Positions 59,149-64,000 of a DNA stretch of 64,000 nucleotides are shown in pieces. Source of the DNA: a virus; the IMG/VR virus record IMGVR_UViG_3300002026_002465, positions 96,001 through 160,000 of that record; one strand, given 5' to 3'. A program made the translations under genes and the position numbers. Positions within the stretch are counted from its first letter, which is position 1; each line of letters opens with the position of its first letter. The notes below the pieces were generated by a model. That model ran no database searches, was not told the origin of the DNA, and saw only the letters and a list, made by a program, of their open reading frames with translations.

Positions 59149-59697
59149 ATGGCTTCGTCTAATGATCAGATTATACAGAACTTTGATAAAGAAACATGCA
59201 AAGAATTGTCAGTAGATATTTCAAAAACGGATAATAACATTATAATTGTGAGTTTAAAAGGATATATAGACACTTATAATACAACATTTCTTTTAAGTAA
59301 AATGAATATGGTTTTTAATAAAGGTTATTATAATATTATTATGAACCTTGCAGGTATAAATTATGTATCATCAACAGGTATAGGAGCCTTTACTTCATTC
59401 TTAAAAGAAGTAAATAAACAAGGTGGTGGTATTTGTTTAATGAATTTACAATCAAAAGTTTATGAAGTTTTCCAACTCCTTGGATTTACATCATTTTTTA
59501 CTATAGTAGATAGTATTGATCTTGCAACTGAAAAACTATTGGATAAAAAAATACACAAAGAGTCTAGTTTCCCAGCTGTGACAGAATGTCCAGTTTGTAA
59601 TAAAATGCTTAAAATGATGAAAGCTGGCAAATTTAGGTGTTCTGAGTGTAAAACTATACTAAGAATAGATGATAATGCTAAGATGTTTTTAGTTTAG
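59149..59697 (+). CDS. STAS-domain anti-sigma-factor antagonist with C-terminal Zn ribbon (spirochaete type)
   Basis: L.GYIDTYN, +NYVSSTGIG.F (phosphorylatable Ser), KVYEVFQLLGF and CPVC...GKFRCSECKTIL.ID. Confidence 0.88.
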   Translation: MASSNDQIIQNFDKETCKELSVDISKTDNNIIIVSLKGYIDTYNTTFLLSKMNMVFNKGYYNIIMNLAGINYVSSTGIGAFTSFLKEVNKQGGGICLMNLQSKVYEVFQLLGFTSFFTIVDSIDLATEKLLDKKIHKESSFPAVTECPVCNKMLKMMKAGKFRCSECKTILRIDDNAKMFLV

Positions 59698-59739
59698 AGA
59701 TCAAGATTATATAGTATAATAACTTCATGTGGAGGACAC

Positions 59740-60363
59740 ATGAACTTAAATCGCAGAGAATATAAGTCTCAATCCTTTGTAAATCGTATCCAATTAAACC
59801 TCGCCAATGTTTCAGCCAATCCTGGTGATGAATTTACTCTTATAAATGCTTACTATGATCCTGCAATGTTTGATTGTGAACTTTGTGGACATAAGGGGTG
59901 TATGTTTGCCTTTGAAATTCAGAATACAGAAACAAAAAAAACCATTAAATTAGGTTCAGAATGTGTTCATCATTTTAAAGATCGCGGCGTAAACATTGAC
60001 CTCGCCGAGGCTCTAATGAAACGAGTCATGTCTGCAACAAATAAATCAAGGCGAGAGTTGGTTGAAAAGCTTGGAGATGAAGCTTGGAAAAATCTATCTG
60101 AAGAAGAAAGAAAAGAAATAGGCTGGAAAAGATTTGAATGGAAGAAAGAAGCTGGTAAAAAGGCATACAAAAGTCTTGATAAAGAAGAAAAACGAGTTCT
60201 TGTTGTAAATGAATTTATGATTATTCAGGCAAAAGAACTTTTAACTCAGGTTGCTTATAATAAGCATTATTTGACTGAAGAAGAAATATCTAAAATTATA
60301 AGCCTTGGTCTTGAAAAAGAGATAGAAAAAGCTAAGATTTTTTCCAAAACTTACTATAAATAA
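59740..60363 (+). CDS. Hypothetical Zn-binding protein
   Basis: CELCGH ... LGSECVHHF motif; GGAGG Shine-Dalgarno. Confidence 0.6.
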   Translation: MNLNRREYKSQSFVNRIQLNLANVSANPGDEFTLINAYYDPAMFDCELCGHKGCMFAFEIQNTETKKTIKLGSECVHHFKDRGVNIDLAEALMKRVMSATNKSRRELVEKLGDEAWKNLSEEERKEIGWKRFEWKKEAGKKAYKSLDKEEKRVLVVNEFMIIQAKELLTQVAYNKHYLTEEEISKIISLGLEKEIEKAKIFSKTYYK

Positions 60364-60409
60364 CAGTCAAATATACAAGATATATTAGTTAAACTAATAT
60401 GGAGTGTAT

Positions 60410-60586
60410 ATGACTTTTATAGAATTCTTGGAGTCTGAGGGGAAAATAAATCATAATCAATTTGATGAGGTATCAAAGCTGATTCAAAAAAACAACGAAA
60501 AGCCTGGGCAGATTCTTTTGAAGAAAAATATTCTTCAAAAGAATGATTTATTAGAACAACTCAAAGTATTTGTAGAACAAAGATAA
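60410..60586 (+). CDS. Second, degenerate stand-alone MshEN-like protein
   Basis: TFIEFLESEGKINHNQFDEVSKLIQ...KPGQILLKKNILQKNDLLEQL. Confidence 0.5.
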   Translation: MTFIEFLESEGKINHNQFDEVSKLIQKNNEKPGQILLKKNILQKNDLLEQLKVFVEQR

Positions 60587-60625
60587 ATACTTTAGACCAA
60601 AGCCAAAAAAGGATATAATATATCT

Positions 60626-61198
60626 ATGGCATTAAAATTTAATATTGAGAAATTCATTTTCATTATGAAAAGCAACTCTTTGTGGGGTGTTTTTTTAAGT
60701 AATACTACTACAAATTCAGTTCCGGCGTGTATAGCATTACACACTTATCTAAAATTATTAGATCTATTTAATAGTGATTTAATATCAGAGTCTGATTTTA
60801 CAAAAATACCAAATATAAAATTAATTAGAGATTGTTCTCGTCAAGACATATATGATGAAAATGATCATATCATAGATAATGATGTAATGAGTCTAAAACT
60901 TGCAAAAGAGTTACTTGAGGCTCTAGTTAGTCTTGGGTTTATTAATGAAAAAGAAACTCACAACCCTGAAAACACATGTCATACCCATCTTTCATGTTGT
61001 AGTTACCATATTAGTGATACAGGAGTATTATTATATAAAGAAATAGATGAATGTTTTTCAGGCGTTGATAGTGAAGTTATTATCTTAAAGATACTATTAC
61101 TTTTACCTTCGTGCAAGTTATTTAGTAAAGGAATTTATCAATCTGAATTTGCAAAAGTATATTTAGATTTTTTATATTATGGAGGCAAACATGTCTGA
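60626..61198 (+). CDS. Hypothetical protein
   Basis: 190-aa ORF. Confidence 0.55.
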   Translation: MALKFNIEKFIFIMKSNSLWGVFLSNTTTNSVPACIALHTYLKLLDLFNSDLISESDFTKIPNIKLIRDCSRQDIYDENDHIIDNDVMSLKLAKELLEALVSLGFINEKETHNPENTCHTHLSCCSYHISDTGVLLYKEIDECFSGVDSEVIILKILLLLPSCKLFSKGIYQSEFAKVYLDFLYYGGKHV

Positions 61199-61862
61199 GC
61201 TCAACGATTTATATGAAAGCATCAGGCCTCAAATTGAACAGAAATATGAAACATTTCAAACTGTTTGGGGTCTAGGTGATGCTGAAATTTTTCCTGAATT
61301 AGTTTTTTGTTTATGCACTCCACAAACAAATGCTAAACATGGTTGGAAAGCTGCTCAAGCGCTTATTGAATCAGGGCTTTTATATGAACCAATAAACGGT
61401 GTTATAGAAGAACAACAGCGACTCATCCAAGTAGGAGAAATTTTATCTAAAGCAGGAGTTAGATTTAAAAAGAATAAGGCAAAATATATTGTTCAAGCTA
61501 TTCAACGTTTTAATAATGGAAATGCCTTTAAAATATTTTTGACAAATCTTATTAAAAAAAGTAATAATATGAGAGATGTTAGAAATTGGTTGGCTGAAAA
61601 TGTTTATGGTATGGGTATGAAAGAAGCTAGTCATTTTCTTAGAAATGTTGGGCAGGGTGATGAAGTATGTATTCTTGATAGGCATATATTAAGAAACCTT
61701 GTTGAGAATGGTGTTATTGAAAAAATACCACAACATTTAAATAAAAAAACATATCTTGAAATAGAAACTGAAATGATAAAGTTTTCAAAGGAAGTTGATA
61801 TTCCTTTATTCGCTCTTGACTTTGTATTTTGGTATAATGCAAAAGGTGAACTTTTTAAATAA
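61191..61862 (+). CDS. ogg: 8-oxoguanine DNA glycosylase/AP lyase (archaeal/Thermotoga OGG type, N-glycosylase/DNA lyase)
   Basis: ELVFCLCTPQ, GVRF...KAKYI, HhH G+G.KEASHFLRNVG, ILDRHILR and Y..IE; GGAGG Shine-Dalgarno before the ATG at 61191. Confidence 0.88.
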   Translation: MSELNDLYESIRPQIEQKYETFQTVWGLGDAEIFPELVFCLCTPQTNAKHGWKAAQALIESGLLYEPINGVIEEQQRLIQVGEILSKAGVRFKKNKAKYIVQAIQRFNNGNAFKIFLTNLIKKSNNMRDVRNWLAENVYGMGMKEASHFLRNVGQGDEVCILDRHILRNLVENGVIEKIPQHLNKKTYLEIETEMIKFSKEVDIPLFALDFVFWYNAKGELFK

Positions 61863-61872
61863 GGAAGTTGTG

Positions 61873-62892
61873 ATGGATTTGAATTTGGTGTTTGAGAAAG
61901 AAATTGAAAAAAGAATGGGTGAATATAGAGTCAAGAATGAAGAGTTAACACTCACCATTAATAATTTGACCCAAGAAGTAAAAAGACTCAAAAGTTTAGA
62001 AAATTGTAATTTGTCAAATGAGGCTAGGAAATTAGTTACAATTCATACTATAAAAAATTTAATTTCTTTTGAGCCAACATTTAGTGGATATATTGAAAAC
62101 AAAGAAGCTCAAGGTATGAGAGAATCTCCTGAATGGTTTAATTATTTAATTGAATATTGGAATGATAGAAACTCTCTCCTTGATTTCTTTAATTTTTTTG
62201 GTATTGAATTTTCTCCATGGGCGAGAACTATGAAAATGCCTCATGAATGGAATGAAGAAGAGTTGATACTTTTTTTAAAGAATATAGAAATACAATATGT
62301 TTGTAATGGTGATTTGTTTGAAAAAAATTTAGGATGGTGGTATAAAGAACAAGCACATCTTAAAGATGCCTTTTCAAACCCCAAGAATATGATTACACAT
62401 AGGTCATATACTGAGATTCCATGGCAGTTTGTTTTTGAAAACCCACTATGGACAAGTGATGTTGTTTTTGATGAACTTGTAAAAACAATTGAAAGTGGAA
62501 AACAACATTTTATTTCTTTATTAAGGATTGTTAATTATCATAAATTTGATGAGGTTAAAATCAAAAAACTTGTCAAGGCTTGTGTTGTTATTAATAAAAA
62601 AGTAGGGTATAGTGAAGTAAGAAATTTCATTTCACGTAATATACCAAGTATTCAGATTAATAAAAGTGAAAAAGATTTACTTGAATATTTAACATGTGAA
62701 CCTCCTAATGCTAATTCTTGTTCAATTGTTCATGAATTTTATATTGAAAAGATTGCTGATTTTGTTGCAAAAATTTCTTATATTGAAAAATGTAATAAAC
62801 TAACTAAAATAGAAAAGGCTAATCTTGTTAAAAAATATGTTCTTGAAAAATACAGCAATGTAATTGTTGCAAAGGAATTGTTAGAAGAGTAA
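61873..62892 (+). CDS. Hypothetical protein
   Basis: Long ORF; likely start MDLNL at 61873 after AAGGA. Confidence 0.65.
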   Translation: MDLNLVFEKEIEKRMGEYRVKNEELTLTINNLTQEVKRLKSLENCNLSNEARKLVTIHTIKNLISFEPTFSGYIENKEAQGMRESPEWFNYLIEYWNDRNSLLDFFNFFGIEFSPWARTMKMPHEWNEEELILFLKNIEIQYVCNGDLFEKNLGWWYKEQAHLKDAFSNPKNMITHRSYTEIPWQFVFENPLWTSDVVFDELVKTIESGKQHFISLLRIVNYHKFDEVKIKKLVKACVVINKKVGYSEVRNFISRNIPSIQINKSEKDLLEYLTCEPPNANSCSIVHEFYIEKIADFVAKISYIEKCNKLTKIEKANLVKKYVLEKYSNVIVAKELLEE

Positions 62893-62915
62893 ATTTACAG
62901 AGGAGAGTTGTTTAA

Positions 62916-63107
62916 ATGGATATTCTTAAATTTATGTTTAGTAATTTTTGGGTTTTTATTGGTTTTATTATATTGATAGAAGCTATAACGTCATTTATAG
63001 TTAACTTTATTAAAGCTTTTATTCCTGATACTCATTATCATATTGATGGAACGAAAGTTGATATTGATGAATTTATCAAATGGAAAGAGGTAAAAGATGA
63101 TAAATAG
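62916..63107 (+). CDS. Small membrane protein
   Basis: FMFSNFWVFIGFIILI hydrophobic segment; GAGGAG Shine-Dalgarno. Confidence 0.6.
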   Translation: MDILKFMFSNFWVFIGFIILIEAITSFIVNFIKAFIPDTHYHIDGTKVDIDEFIKWKEVKDDK

Positions 63108-63288
63108 ATTCCAAACAAAGTTCATGAGTGAAGTAGCTAAACTGGGTCTTGAACATGGATTTTTAATTACAGAAGATGGATATATTGAACCAATTCTTGA
63201 TTGGTTTGATAGCAATCAAGTATTTCATTATACCTTGAAAGAAGATGCTATTGGTGTAAAAATAAATGGAGTGGAGTCAGGTGTTTAA
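63097..63288 (+). CDS. Hypothetical protein
   Basis: 63-aa ORF, GAGG Shine-Dalgarno. Confidence 0.5.
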   Translation: MINRFQTKFMSEVAKLGLEHGFLITEDGYIEPILDWFDSNQVFHYTLKEDAIGVKINGVESGV

Positions 63289-63661
63289 TAAAGATGATTT
63301 ATTTCTTATTTGTGATGATGGTTTTGATTTTTCTTATAAAGAAAGAACAAGTAGTTTTACATCTGTAGTTCATAAAACAAATTTCCTCCCTGATAATTAT
63401 CTCAAATATATGGAAATAACAGATGTTATAAAATATAAAACTAAAAGAACATACAAATGTCATTTCTTTATGGAAAATAAATCTGTTACTAATGGATTGT
63501 GGGGCATTAATAGTGAAGATGATTATCCAGATTATAACAAAGGTTTATACAAAACATTATCTGATAAAATAATCAAATCAAAAATAGAAAATAAGATTAT
63601 TACACCTTGTAAATGGAGTGATTTAGCAAAGGAAGAACTGGTAAAAGAAAATGATACCTAA
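63266..63661 (+). CDS. Hypothetical protein
   Basis: 131-aa ORF; the true start may be the GTG at 63281. Confidence 0.55.
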   Translation: MEWSQVFNKDDLFLICDDGFDFSYKERTSSFTSVVHKTNFLPDNYLKYMEITDVIKYKTKRTYKCHFFMENKSVTNGLWGINSEDDYPDYNKGLYKTLSDKIIKSKIENKIITPCKWSDLAKEELVKENDT

Positions 63662-63941
63662 GGCTAAAACAATTATTGTCTATAAATCAAAATATTTTCG
63701 TATCGGGCAAAAAGTACAACCATCTTGTTTTGTATTCTTGAAGACAAGAAAAAAGACTCCAAAGTCTTATGAATATCAAGCAGAGTTTTGGGACTGGAAT
63801 TATGAATTTAATAAAAGTGAAAGAACTATATCTCTTTTTTTTATAAAATCTCTTTTCCAACACCGTGAAGCTAAATATTTTGATGGTAGTGTAGAAGACT
63901 TTGATGCTTATATAGCTAAAGAGTTGTTATTAAATGAATGA
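63651..63941 (+). CDS. Hypothetical protein
   Basis: 96-aa ORF overlapping the upstream stop. Confidence 0.5.
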   Translation: MIPKAKTIIVYKSKYFRIGQKVQPSCFVFLKTRKKTPKSYEYQAEFWDWNYEFNKSERTISLFFIKSLFQHREAKYFDGSVEDFDAYIAKELLLNE

Positions 63942-64000
63942 ATTTTGCATAGTTTAATAATGAAAAACAATTTTTATGCTCATTAGATAAGGAGATATCT

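Larger units (their letters stand above)
1..64000. mobile_element. Segment of a large contractile-tailed (myovirus-like, probably jumbo) bacteriophage genome
   Basis: gp25-, gp6/J- and gp7/I-like baseplate genes, many tail-fibre genes, a 13.6-kb structural ORF, dense short hypothetical ORFs, and no housekeeping operons. Confidence 0.9.

Noticed and set aside
66-63215. Short ORFs antisense to or nested in long genes (e.g. 66-266, 1377-1589, 3713-4027, 16504-16863, 24131-24463, 31872-32222, 38002-38355, 52281-52541, 62991-63215)
   Set aside because: They overlap well-supported genes on the other strand or frame, have low-complexity Ile/Leu/Ser/Phe composition typical of AT-rich shadow ORFs, and show no motifs or Shine-Dalgarno
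22677-63661. Loose C-terminal (K/R)xxIKxxF-like ending in several small ORFs (23165, 23714, 55905, 58413, 63266)
   Set aside because: Too short and too compatible with Lys/Ile/Phe-rich AT-biased composition to support by eye
1-64000. tRNA, rRNA or riboswitch genes
   Set aside because: Intergenic gaps are short and AT-rich, with no cloverleaf or T-loop GTTCRA plus acceptor-stem pattern; the GTTCA repeats at 23417-23474 do not form a tRNA

Overview
AT-rich (roughly a quarter G+C by eye), gene-dense segment of a large myovirus-type (jumbo) phage genome, read in the standard code. No tRNA, rRNA, CRISPR or integrase was seen. (1) 180-14199 holds two divergent operons with ten radical SAM enzymes: HxsC-like, HxsB/anSME-like SPASM, HemN-like and a COG2108-like pair, one of them fused to a methyltransferase. 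They come with a cysteine-less dead paralog, two pairs of duplicated accessory proteins, and a 220-aa protein carrying 17 Tyr/His/Phe-x-Asn motifs that looks like their substrate. This is the best candidate for an undescribed system: a phage-encoded RiPP-like or protein cross-linking pathway. (2) 14199-16270 holds KdsA, KdsB and an FSA-type aldolase; a Maf/sialyltransferase-like gene lies among the tail fibres at 49006, suggesting possible ulosonic-acid glycosylation. (3) 16298-22549 encodes the baseplate (gp25-, gp6/J- and gp7/I-like). (4) 25571-58416 holds a 4528-aa tail protein split from its C-terminus by an exact 10-bp duplication, plus several modular tail fibres. (5) Small accessory genes include two stand-alone MshEN-like proteins, a spirochaete-type STAS anti-anti-sigma factor, an 8-oxoG glycosylase and a WG-repeat gene frameshifted at an A9 run. 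All family assignments come from motif recognition, not database searches.
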